A stretch of DNA of 37,666 nucleotides from assembly GCA_020347705.1 (NCBI GenBank), contig CP070739.1, positions 2,541,158 through 2,578,823 of the forward strand. The letters are read 5' to 3'. The notes beneath the pieces were generated by a model. That model was not told where the DNA came from, did no database searches, and was given only the letters and a program-made list of their open reading frames with translations. The first letter of the stretch is position 1. Every line of letters begins with the position of its first letter. Source of the stretch: Methanomassiliicoccales archaeon. Lineage in GTDB: Archaea > Thermoplasmatota > Thermoplasmata > GCA-020350865. Of the stretch, positions 19,769 to 28,453 are shown piece after piece. A program made the translations under genes and the position numbers.

Positions 19769-20545
19769 ATGATTGTAATAAGCGAACGTATCAACGGTTT
19801 GTTCAGGTCTGTTGGGAAAGCCATCGAAACTAAAGACGAAAAGGCGATACAACAGTTAGCATTGGATCAGATTAAGGCAGGCGCAGACGTTCTGGATCTG
19901 AATACAGGTCCCGGTATGGACAACGAACCAGAGGTCATGGCATGGCTGGTGAAAACGATTCAGGATGTCACAGATGCCCAGCTCTCCATAGATACACCAA
20001 AACCCGAGGCTATGGAGGCCGGTTTAAAAGCGGTGAACAAGAGGGCCATGCTGAATTCCACAACAGCTGAGCTGAATAGAATGGAGGCCCTTTTTCCTCT
20101 TGTTAAGGAATACGATGCTGAGATAGTGTGTCTCACACTTGACGAGAAGGGCATACCCAACGATGCCATGAAAAGGAACGAGCTCGCCATGCTGATGATT
20201 ACCACAGCCATGGGGTACGATATCCCTGTGGACAATATCTTCATAGACCCTTTAATTCTTCCTGTGGGGGCGGCGCAGAATCAAGGTCCTGCGGTGATCG
20301 ATGCCATAAACATGTTCAAGATGCTTTCCGATCCTCCACCTAAAACCGTGGTGGGACTGAGCAACATCTCCAACGGAACAAAACAGAGATCACTTATCAA
20401 CAGAACATATCTATCCATGCTCATGGGTGCAGGCTTGACGGCTGCAATCATGGATCCAAACGATGAAGAATTGATGAAGGTGGTGAAAACTGGAGATATC
20501 CTGTTGAATAAGAAGTTGTACGCACATGGATATTTACAGGTTTAG
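19769..20545 (+). CDS. acsE: 5-methyltetrahydrofolate:corrinoid/iron-sulfur protein methyltransferase (AcsE/MeTr-like pterin-binding barrel)
   Basis: ERINGLF..., LDLNTG, SIDT, MLNST, IDPLILP, PPPKTVVGLSNIS, RSLINRTYL, ILLNKKLY follow acetogen AcsE end to end as recalled; AGGAG SD. Confidence 0.82.
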   Translation: MIVISERINGLFRSVGKAIETKDEKAIQQLALDQIKAGADVLDLNTGPGMDNEPEVMAWLVKTIQDVTDAQLSIDTPKPEAMEAGLKAVNKRAMLNSTTAELNRMEALFPLVKEYDAEIVCLTLDEKGIPNDAMKRNELAMLMITTAMGYDIPVDNIFIDPLILPVGAAQNQGPAVIDAINMFKMLSDPPPKTVVGLSNISNGTKQRSLINRTYLSMLMGAGLTAAIMDPNDEELMKVVKTGDILLNKKLYAHGYLQV

Positions 20546-20606
20546 AGCCCAGGTTACAAAAAGTTAAATAATCAAATAACCCTCTTTGTGTTCAGAGGGA
20601 ATTTAC

Positions 20607-21296
20607 ATGGTTCATCGATACAAAAGTTATATAAGAGGCTTTGATGAAGAACTGGGTGGAGGCATACCCGAGGGCCATATAATCCTAATATCCGGTACAC
20701 CGGGTACAATGAAGTCGTCTGTGGCCTACAATATACTCTATAATAACATCAAACACGAAGACTCCGTGGGTGTGTATGTTTCTCTCGAGCAGAGCAGAGA
20801 GAACCTTTTGTTCCAAATAAATAGTTTGGGACTGCAGGATGTGGAGGAGCTCAAACTCACTATTTTAGACATGGCAAAAATCCGCAAGGAGGTGGACATG
20901 ACCAGGGAGAAACCCTGGCTCGATGTTTTGAAAAGACATCTGAATTACCTGAAAGAAACCCTCAGCTTCGACTTACTGGTGATCGATTCATTGCCTGTCG
21001 TGGAGATGATTTCAAAGGTCGAGGACGCCCGTGCTTATCTGTTTTACTTTTTTGAATGGCTACGAGATCTGAAAGTTACAACCTTCATCATCTCGGAGAT
21101 ATCCACTGATCCCACAAAGGTATATCCCGAAGAGTTCTTGACCGATGGCATCATACTGTTGACCATGGAAAGGGTCAACGAGGTGGATGTACACCGCCGC
21201 ATCAGATGTGTTAAAATGAGGGGAGTAAACCACAATACAGGCTATTTCACATTGGAGTTCAAAGACGATGCGTTTCAGGCCAGCCAAGCGATCTAA
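20607..21296 (+). CDS. single-domain KaiC/RAD55-like RecA-fold ATPase
   Basis: GGIPEG, Walker A GTPGTMKS, YVSLEQ, Walker B LLVIDS, DGII, KMRG; GAGGG SD before ATG at 20607. Confidence 0.9.
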   Translation: MVHRYKSYIRGFDEELGGGIPEGHIILISGTPGTMKSSVAYNILYNNIKHEDSVGVYVSLEQSRENLLFQINSLGLQDVEELKLTILDMAKIRKEVDMTREKPWLDVLKRHLNYLKETLSFDLLVIDSLPVVEMISKVEDARAYLFYFFEWLRDLKVTTFIISEISTDPTKVYPEEFLTDGIILLTMERVNEVDVHRRIRCVKMRGVNHNTGYFTLEFKDDAFQASQAI

Positions 21297-21312
21297 AATG
21301 ATATAAGACCAT

Positions 21313-22539
21313 TCATATCTTATCCATGGTTTTAAGATACTTAATGAGGGTCAGCTCATCAGGAGTATACTTACCGCTCTTCTCAAGTTCACCTACATCC
21401 TCTGATTTGATCAATTTCAAAGCCAGGGGATTGCCCTCCGTCAACCTGAATATTCTCTCGAATTCATCCTTTTCGAGCTTCTTCTTGCCTAAAATGACCT
21501 TACAACTGGTTCTGTCCAGGCCTTTTAGGTGCATTTCTCTGAAACGCTCAGAATCCATGACTTCTTTGGTATAATACTTGACAGGTTTTCTGTGTAAGAA
21601 TATTATTTTTGCTCCACCAAACACATTTAGATCAGAAGACAAAAGTAACAAAAATCTTTTAGATCGTTCGTCAACTTCATCCAGGGAATCGAATACCAGC
21701 AATGAGTTCGTACCGCAAATGGCCGATTGCGTCCCCTTCAGAAGCTCCCCAATACCTTTTTCTTTTACCCTAAGAGCCGCCTTTAGCTCCCCTCGATTGA
21801 GTCTGACAAAGAATTCGGATAGATACTCCATCATCTTATCATATTTCTCACCTTTTTCGAATCCGAACCAAAAAACGCTGGCTTTGTTTTTAAAACTCAA
21901 GAGAGTCTGGGCAATGAGAGCGGATTTGCCTATTCCTTTATTTCCGTGCACCGATATCAGCGCGACCTTCTCATCCGCAAGCCATTTTTGCAGTGTGGCC
22001 ATCTCGTTTTTCCTTCCGATAAAATTCTTTGTTATCGGTACCTTATGCGGAATATCAAAGAGTCTTTTTTCCTCCAGATCTGCATCCGTTTTCGGGACTT
22101 TTGACAATAATTCCATGGATCGTTGGTTGATAATGCCCTCCCTGTCTATAAGCCTTACCAGATCTAATATGTCGAGTTTTATCCCCGTGATATCCCCTAT
22201 ATCGGATATCTTTACATTTTTTACCTTTCCGTTTAAGTCTCTTAATGGTATCCTTCTTTCCTCGAGATTTCTCTTGATCTCATTGGCCTGGTACATCCCC
22301 TTTTCCGTTAAAAAATATGCCTTGCGCCTCTTGTCCAATCCCTCAATATGCATCACACTTTCATATATGAGGCCCTCATCATCCAATTTTTTTACAGACC
22401 TTGGAACATGGGTTACCCTGATATCGATGGCGTCCGCTATGCCCTTTTGGGTTACAGCTTGTGGAACCTCCACCTCCTTTTTTGCGGTGTAATATCTTCT
22501 GAGATGAAGGAGTATGCGTTCGTTTACTGTCAGCTTGAT
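21313..22539 (-). CDS. wHTH plus STAND (NB-ARC-like) NTPase lacking a C-terminal sensor; probable non-canonical start
   Basis: N-terminal wHTH (LTVNERILLHL...VTQKGIA...HVPRSVKKL...YFLTEKG), FIGRKNE, Walker A GNKGIGKS, Walker B LLVFDS, GNPLAL. The frame is open 22 codons upstream of the track's GTG at 22473. Confidence 0.8.
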   Translation of the reverse strand: MKLTVNERILLHLRRYYTAKKEVEVPQAVTQKGIADAIDIRVTHVPRSVKKLDDEGLIYESVMHIEGLDKRRKAYFLTEKGMYQANEIKRNLEERRIPLRDLNGKVKNVKISDIGDITGIKLDILDLVRLIDREGIINQRSMELLSKVPKTDADLEEKRLFDIPHKVPITKNFIGRKNEMATLQKWLADEKVALISVHGNKGIGKSALIAQTLLSFKNKASVFWFGFEKGEKYDKMMEYLSEFFVRLNRGELKAALRVKEKGIGELLKGTQSAICGTNSLLVFDSLDEVDERSKRFLLLLSSDLNVFGGAKIIFLHRKPVKYYTKEVMDSERFREMHLKGLDRTSCKVILGKKKLEKDEFERIFRLTEGNPLALKLIKSEDVGELEKSGKYTPDELTLIKYLKTMDKI

Positions 22540-22633
22540 TGTGATATCCCCCTATCATTCGGATAATCCACTTCTTTGTATTTTATTGTTTCTTAATCAA
22601 CAAATGATGGATATACCATTTTGGGTAAATCAT

Positions 22634-22755
22634 AAATTTAGAATGATGGACCTGCCCGTGCTTCGGCTTAAGACAGGAGTAAATATAAACATAACCGAAG
22701 CGCTAAGGGCCATCATGTATTTAAGATAATAAAATTTGAATGATGGCCCTGCCCG
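22634..22755 (-). repeat. tRNA-Pro-linked ~97-bp module (inverted and direct copies of the tRNA 3' end around a conserved hairpin)
   Basis: 11-bp perfect IR 22706-22716 / 22740-22750; direct repeat 22634-22658 vs 22732-22755; hairpin 22658-22703. Confidence 0.75.
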
Positions 22756-22818
22756 AATTTGAATCGGAGTCACAGCGTCCCGAACGCCATAGGATTGACC
22801 AAACTACCCCACAGGGCC
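22744..22818 (-). tRNA. tRNA-Pro(CGG), CCA not encoded
   Basis: Cloverleaf GGCCCTG/CAGGGCC-A; D-loop AGTTTGGTCAA; anticodon loop TTCGGGA; T-loop TTCAAAT. Confidence 0.92.
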
Positions 22819-22950
22819 ATTTTTATGGTTGAATGAGATAATACCTTAAAATGATTGCTCTGCATCATATTCTACCCAAACATATGAAATATCAAGACAT
22901 GAGTACATTGCCAATGCTAATCATATATTAGTGTTATCTGAAAAACTTGT

Positions 22951-23181
22951 TCAAAATGTAGGCTCTTCGGTCCGCCTTTTAGGCCTTTTACGTCTGTAAC
23001 CATCACCCAATGGAACCCTTACAACCTGGTAGGTGGGCTCCCCATGTACATCCTTCTTCTTTTCGATATAAGCTATGTAACCCCAATCTGCATTGAGGTG
23101 CAACACTGAAATGTCCTTCCCGGGAGGTATGAGGGAGGTCATGTTTTCATCTCTTATCTGCGATTTAAGTGGAAATACCAT
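22951..23181 (-). CDS. small hypothetical protein with basic C-terminus (start 23181 or 23142)
   Basis: Beta-rich-looking core ISVLHLNADWGYIAYIE...YQVVRVPL, RRKRPKRR tail; TTTAAATA box about 30 nt upstream of 23181. Confidence 0.6.
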   Translation of the reverse strand: MVFPLKSQIRDENMTSLIPPGKDISVLHLNADWGYIAYIEKKKDVHGEPTYQVVRVPLGDGYRRKRPKRRTEEPTF

Positions 23182-23582
23182 TAAAGCGAGTGCTCTGTGG
23201 CAAATTAATATTTAAATATGATAAGATAAACTCTATCCTCTCATTACCAAAATAGATAATAACAACCCGAAATTGGATTAAAAAAAACCTATAAACCGAG
23301 GAATATCACATAAAAATCACGGTTTTAAGCCTTTACCGCCCCGGCAATCACCAGTAAAACTTATATTCGATAAACAGCGTTTTTAACCCCAAGGTAGAAA
23401 AAAACCTGGTAAAAAAAGGAGAAGATCATTCAAATTGGATTATTAAGATAATCGGCCATTTGTAAGGGACACTGATGAATGTAGCAAATAAATACGAGGT
23501 CAGTTATACCCCATCTACCGTGATAACAGAAAGAAACGGTATTATACGGTATTAGGGCACAGCCAAAATGTCATGAGGTATC

Positions 23583-25397
23583 GTGATGAATTATACCAAG
23601 CTATTAAGGGGATGGATTCTGATAGGGATAATCATATGTCTACTGCTTCCCCTTCCCAACGCCCTGGCTGAGTCCAACATCAAAACTGTTAGACATACCC
23701 CTCAAAATCCAGAAGTAGATCAAGTTATCACCGTTTTTGTCGATATAAACGATACCACCAATATCTCCAAGGTAAGTCTGCTATACTGCCAAATCGAGCC
23801 TTCTTATTTATGCTACACCCCACTTGAGATGACTCTCGATGCAAACGATAACTACACGGCCAGCATCACGCAAAATCTTGAGGGCATCACTCGATTGGGT
23901 TACAACATCACCATATTATATGACAACGGCTCCAAGGAATACTCTCCCGAAGAGGGCACTTATCATTACCTGAATATAACGGGCGGGGAAGATAAAACAC
24001 CACCCAGTCCCGCTGAGAACCTTCTCGCCTTGCAGGTTTTGGGAGGGGCAATAATAGTTGTTTTAGTTTTTCTGATCCTGAGGCATGTGAGAAACAAGAA
24101 GAAGGCCACATCTGGTAACAAAAAATTAACTGTGGTTTTAGTTGCTATATTTCTCATATTATCCGGTGCAGCGGTCATTCTTTTCTTTCTTGGTCAAGAG
24201 AGCGGTGAAATCGAAGAAGCCCCTGATTTCACATTAGCAGATATCGATGGCAATACTTTCAATCTCACGGATTTCAGGGGCCAGGTGGTCCTTTTGGACA
24301 TGATGTCCATTCCCTGTGAGAGCTGCAAAATAGTTGAGAAGGATCTAAAGGATATATATCCTGAGTACAAGGATGAGGTTGTCTTCATCAGCATAGACAT
24401 TCTCGCCGACGATACAGACGAAATGCTTCGCGATTATAGGGTTTCTCACGATATAGAGTGGACCATAGCAAGGGATACCGACGAGATCATTTTAAAGTAC
24501 AGCTCCGAGGCCATACCAAAGATCGTGATCATCGACGCAGACGGCTACGCAACTTACGAACACACTGGCACCACTGATAAGAGCGAGTTGAAAAGCGAGC
24601 TTGATCGAGCCATATCAGGTGAGGCTCAGGCTATATCCATCACTGAGGCAAGCCTTTTCAGTCTCGCCATCTTTGCAGGGATCGCCTCCTTCTTCTCTCC
24701 ATGCGCCTTTCCCATGCTCCCAGGTTATATCGCCTATTATCTTAGAAAGGATGTCGAGGCAGGGGGAAAGATCCCCATGAAGAGGGCTGCGCTGTCAGGA
24801 ACCATCTCAGCGACCGGTATTATCATAGTATATCTTATCATTGGGATTATTATGGTGTTCGCTGGGACATCTATAGAAGAATATACTGCATTCTTTACTC
24901 TCATCGTGGGCATTATTTTGATCGCACTCGGTGTGCTGATGTTCACACCGTTGCAGTACTGGAAGATCGTGCGTCCATTCCAAAACCTTTGGGCCCGATT
25001 AAAAGGCCTTGGTAAAAAAAAGAGCAAGGAAAAAGAGGGTAAAGAAACTGATTCAATTACCACGGGAGCAAGCGAACCAGGTTTTTACTCAGGCCTTTTC
25101 TTATACGGTCTCGGGTATGGCGCGGCCGCAGCGGGATGCACCGCACCTTTGTTTATTGCTGTGGTGCTTGCAGCCATGGCAATCGGGTCGTTTCTTATGG
25201 GCATCCTAATCCTCATTCTTTACACTGTGACTGCTGCCCTCCTGATGCTGGCTGTGACCATGGCTATAGCATATTTCGGGGCTGGAGCTGCACAGAAACT
25301 CTCTAAGCATACTGAGAAGATCAAGAAGATAAGCGGCGCCGTATTGGTAGTGGTGGGAGTGTATCTAATCTGGTTCTATTTGGCGGCTGCTGGGTAG
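23583..25397 (+). CDS. fusion protein: extracellular Ig-like domain, TlpA/ResA-type thioredoxin (CxxC) and CcdA/DsbD-beta transmembrane domain
   Basis: APDFTL...LTDFRGQVVLL...CESC...cis-Pro IP; then AGIASFFSPCAFPMLPGY and AAGCTAP, the two conserved CcdA cysteines. Confidence 0.88.
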   Translation: MMNYTKLLRGWILIGIIICLLLPLPNALAESNIKTVRHTPQNPEVDQVITVFVDINDTTNISKVSLLYCQIEPSYLCYTPLEMTLDANDNYTASITQNLEGITRLGYNITILYDNGSKEYSPEEGTYHYLNITGGEDKTPPSPAENLLALQVLGGAIIVVLVFLILRHVRNKKKATSGNKKLTVVLVAIFLILSGAAVILFFLGQESGEIEEAPDFTLADIDGNTFNLTDFRGQVVLLDMMSIPCESCKIVEKDLKDIYPEYKDEVVFISIDILADDTDEMLRDYRVSHDIEWTIARDTDEIILKYSSEAIPKIVIIDADGYATYEHTGTTDKSELKSELDRAISGEAQAISITEASLFSLAIFAGIASFFSPCAFPMLPGYIAYYLRKDVEAGGKIPMKRAALSGTISATGIIIVYLIIGIIMVFAGTSIEEYTAFFTLIVGIILIALGVLMFTPLQYWKIVRPFQNLWARLKGLGKKKSKEKEGKETDSITTGASEPGFYSGLFLYGLGYGAAAAGCTAPLFIAVVLAAMAIGSFLMGILILILYTVTAALLMLAVTMAIAYFGAGAAQKLSKHTEKIKKISGAVLVVVGVYLIWFYLAAAG

Positions 25398-25486
25398 TGA
25401 TTTCACGTTGAATATTGCATATGCTGTGTTTACAGATAAAAAAGATTTTCATTTTGTGTATCATTTCTTAATAGGTGTAACAAGAT

Positions 25487-26170
25487 TTAAGGGCCTTCCA
25501 AATCCCCACCGACCTCATAGCCGAATCCAAGGGCAGGGAATGGGTAAAGTACACCGGTACAAATATTGGCCAAGTGGGCATTGACCCTCCTGAAATAACC
25601 TGTTAAAAGTGCGTAACTTATCGCATTTGTCGTAGAGATTTTCTCATCTTCATTCAGCCTTTTTATTATGTTGTTGTGGATTTCTTTGACTCTATCGTGT
25701 AAGCCTATGACTTCTTTTGCCTTCTCATCATCAGATTGCTCTATGGCTATCAACGTCAAATCGAACATTTTGGAAAGATGATTTTTCATGCTGTTGATAT
25801 CCATGACATATCTTTCGTCCCCGAAATCTGCAGGGTACTCTATGCAAAGCTGGGCTATGTTTTTGCACAGGTCTCCGATTCTTTCATAATCTATAACGAT
25901 GCTGATCAGGACCAATGAAGCATTAAGGTTGGGTGCGGAAGTGACGGCCAGGTATTCCATGACCTCCCTTCGAATCATTTTCTCGCATTTATTGATGCGT
26001 TTGTCCTCCAAAGAGAGTCTTTTTGCCACATCTATATCGCATCCAATCAGGCATTTTGAAGATTCCTCGAACATCTCCTTCGCGAGCTTATGCATGTTCC
26101 AGGCATCGTCATAGGCCTTTTCAAGCAGTGGGGCTTTCGTCAAAGCATCGTAAATTTTTTTGAACGCCAT
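25487..26170 (-). CDS. phoU: PhoU-family phosphate uptake regulator
   Basis: DKRIN..E..IR, DYERIGDLCKNI and second repeat RRVNAHLANI; downstream of a Na/Pi transporter. Confidence 0.85.
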   Translation of the reverse strand: MAFKKIYDALTKAPLLEKAYDDAWNMHKLAKEMFEESSKCLIGCDIDVAKRLSLEDKRINKCEKMIRREVMEYLAVTSAPNLNASLVLISIVIDYERIGDLCKNIAQLCIEYPADFGDERYVMDINSMKNHLSKMFDLTLIAIEQSDDEKAKEVIGLHDRVKEIHNNIIKRLNEDEKISTTNAISYALLTGYFRRVNAHLANICTGVLYPFPALGFGYEVGGDLEGP

Positions 26171-26219
26171 GTTCTTTCCACCTCACATATGATGTGAATT
26201 ATGACTCTCATGAAACCTC

Positions 26220-27539
26220 TCAACTAAGAAGCAATATGATCAAACCCGGTATGATATAGAAGGCAATGAATATATATATTATCGCGACCTTCTTATTATT
26301 GATTACATAGGCACCGATTTTCTTTGCCATCCCTATTGGCACCCTTTTAAAAGGATAGATTATGCAAATGGCTATGGTATTGAATAACAAATGGGCGAAT
26401 GCAATTGAAAGTGCCGCTACAGCACTGCCTGTTTGACTTGTACTACCCCATTCCACAAATGCTGCCAATAAAGCGGTTACCGTAGTTCCAATATTGGCTC
26501 CTAAAGTGTAGGGGAATATTTGCTCTACAGTTAACACCCCGCCCCCGACCAACGGGACAACTAGGGAGGTTGTAATGGAGCTGCTTTGAATGAGAGCGGT
26601 TAACAACACCCCGAAACCAAAGCTGATATACGAGGTTTTGAACAGATATTTGCTGATGATGATCTGAAGTCTGCCCTCTATCAATATCCTCATAGAACTC
26701 GTTATGAATTTCAATGCAATGAAGAGTAGAATTATACCGATTACCACGGAAAGCCATTCTGCATTGGCACTTTTTGAAAATTCTCTAATCGGGGTTTCAA
26801 TAGGTTTGACAAGATCGTTAATCAGGGTGAATTTCCCCACACCCACACTTCCCACGAACCTTTCAGCAAAATAGGTGGAGAGCCTTTGAAGAAGGCCTTT
26901 ACCACCCCAGAAAAACTGGGTGATCAACTCTACGGGAAAGAGTATCGATGCGGCTATAACATTGAAAAAATCATGCACCACCGCTCCGGAGAACGCTCGC
27001 TCAAACTCTTTACCTCTGGTGATATGTCCAAAAGAAACGATTATGTTCGTAACCGATGTGCCAATGTTCGCTCCGATTATGATGGGGATGGCCAAAGGGA
27101 GAAAATCCGGCTCTGCGGCCACCATCCCCACAACCATTGATGTGGTGGCTGAGGAGCTTTGTATAATAGATGTGGCCAAAATCCCTATGAACAAACCCAC
27201 CAACGGGTTCGAAGCGGTTTTAATCATCCCTTCGGAGAACCCAGAGCCCATATCCTTGAAACCGCCGCTCATGGTTTTTATGCCGACAATGAAGAAATAG
27301 AGGGCCAGGATGAGGATAACAGCCCTCACATACCTATTGTTCAGGTATGGGGAAATCCTCTTGTTTATTTCCAAAATCCCTGCCTTTAACTTGGATCGAG
27401 GTTTCCTCAGGAAATAATCGTCTTTTAATACTCGATACTTCTTTTTTCTGGGGGGTATGGAATCTTTGGGGGAGGTCACATTCTGACCATTTGCTGGGCC
27501 TGTTGTCCCTGTATTACCCTCGTTTGATGAGTGCTCCAT
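26220..27539 (-). CDS. Na+/phosphate symporter (NptA/SLC34 family)
   Basis: Two QSSS repeats each followed by GANIGT; AHLLFN. Confidence 0.92.
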   Translation of the reverse strand: MEHSSNEGNTGTTGPANGQNVTSPKDSIPPRKKKYRVLKDDYFLRKPRSKLKAGILEINKRISPYLNNRYVRAVILILALYFFIVGIKTMSGGFKDMGSGFSEGMIKTASNPLVGLFIGILATSIIQSSSATTSMVVGMVAAEPDFLPLAIPIIIGANIGTSVTNIIVSFGHITRGKEFERAFSGAVVHDFFNVIAASILFPVELITQFFWGGKGLLQRLSTYFAERFVGSVGVGKFTLINDLVKPIETPIREFSKSANAEWLSVVIGIILLFIALKFITSSMRILIEGRLQIIISKYLFKTSYISFGFGVLLTALIQSSSITTSLVVPLVGGGVLTVEQIFPYTLGANIGTTVTALLAAFVEWGSTSQTGSAVAALSIAFAHLLFNTIAICIIYPFKRVPIGMAKKIGAYVINNKKVAIIYIFIAFYIIPGLIILLLS

Positions 27540-27871
27540 AAGAATTCAAAACCCGATTGGAGAAAAGCATACCCAGTATATTATAGTAGCTTATATAAAA
27601 TATAGTCTCTATATATTGGTAAGGAATCTATATAGAATTAAATAATTTGATAATACCAAAATGTTAACAATTTTGGATACAATAATTTCAATAGGGTAAT
27701 TCTTCATCGCTCATTCTTGACCTTCAATTGTCCTTGTAATTTTTTTTATCTTTAAATTACCCCTTTATTCTTTTAAAAACCCCCCAATAAACTCCAATAA
27801 CCTTATATAATAAAAATCGCTTAAGGGGGACTTGCTTTCCAAATTATCTTGTAAAACCTGGAGGATACGGT

Positions 27872-28402
27872 TTGGCAGATGAAAAAAAGGAAAATGCAGA
27901 CGTCAAAGACCCAGCTAAGCAGTCTGAGAAAGAGAAGGATCAAAAGGACGATTTTAAATACATCGTGAGGATTGCAAATACGGATTTGGATGGGGACAAG
28001 GTTGTGGTCCAAGCATTAACCGCAATAAAGGGCATCGGAGATCGTGTGGCGAAGGTTGTGGTCAATAGGACCAAAATCCCGAAAAATGAAAAGATAGGTA
28101 ATCTATCGGATGAGGATATAGAGAAACTCGAAAATTTCGTTTTAGAACTCTCGGACAACACTCCAGGATGGCTGATGAACAAGCAAAACGATGTATGGAC
28201 AGGGGAAGATATACATATTTTAGGCTCTGAAATGGAAATGCGAATACAAGAGGACATCAATATATTGAAAAAGATCAGATGCTACAGAGGGATAAGGCAT
28301 GAAAAGGGCCAGAAGGTAAGGGGACAGAGAACAAAGGCACACGGTAGAACAGGCCTAACCGTTGGTGTGGTGAAAAAAGCGCAGAAGCCAGGTAAAACTT
28401 AA
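27872..28402 (+). CDS. rps13: 30S ribosomal protein uS13
   Basis: YIVRIANTDLDG, IKGIG, YRGIRH...VRGQRTK; TTG start with GGAGG SD. Confidence 0.97.
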   Translation: MADEKKENADVKDPAKQSEKEKDQKDDFKYIVRIANTDLDGDKVVVQALTAIKGIGDRVAKVVVNRTKIPKNEKIGNLSDEDIEKLENFVLELSDNTPGWLMNKQNDVWTGEDIHILGSEMEMRIQEDINILKKIRCYRGIRHEKGQKVRGQRTKAHGRTGLTVGVVKKAQKPGKT

Positions 28403-28453
28403 TAGATATTCGTTGATCGAGATCAAATTGGATTTCATAGGATAAGTGAATGA

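Noticed and set aside
19769-20545. Dihydropteroate synthase (folP) call
   Set aside because: Lacks the DHPS TPDSFSD and SRK motifs; GLSNIS and ERING match methyl-THF methyltransferases.
21578-22492. 304-aa plus-strand ORF
   Set aside because: Antisense shadow of the STAND NTPase gene; Ser/Phe-rich, no motifs.
22600-22755. CRISPR array or prophage attL/attR
   Set aside because: No regular repeat-spacer series, and only about 97 bp lies between the direct repeats, with no integrase or cas genes in the window.
23270-23554. Short repeats AAATTGGATTA (x2) and ACGGTATTA (tandem x2) in the 400-bp intergenic region
   Set aside because: Short, AT-rich, no consistent spacing or structure; cannot be distinguished from chance.
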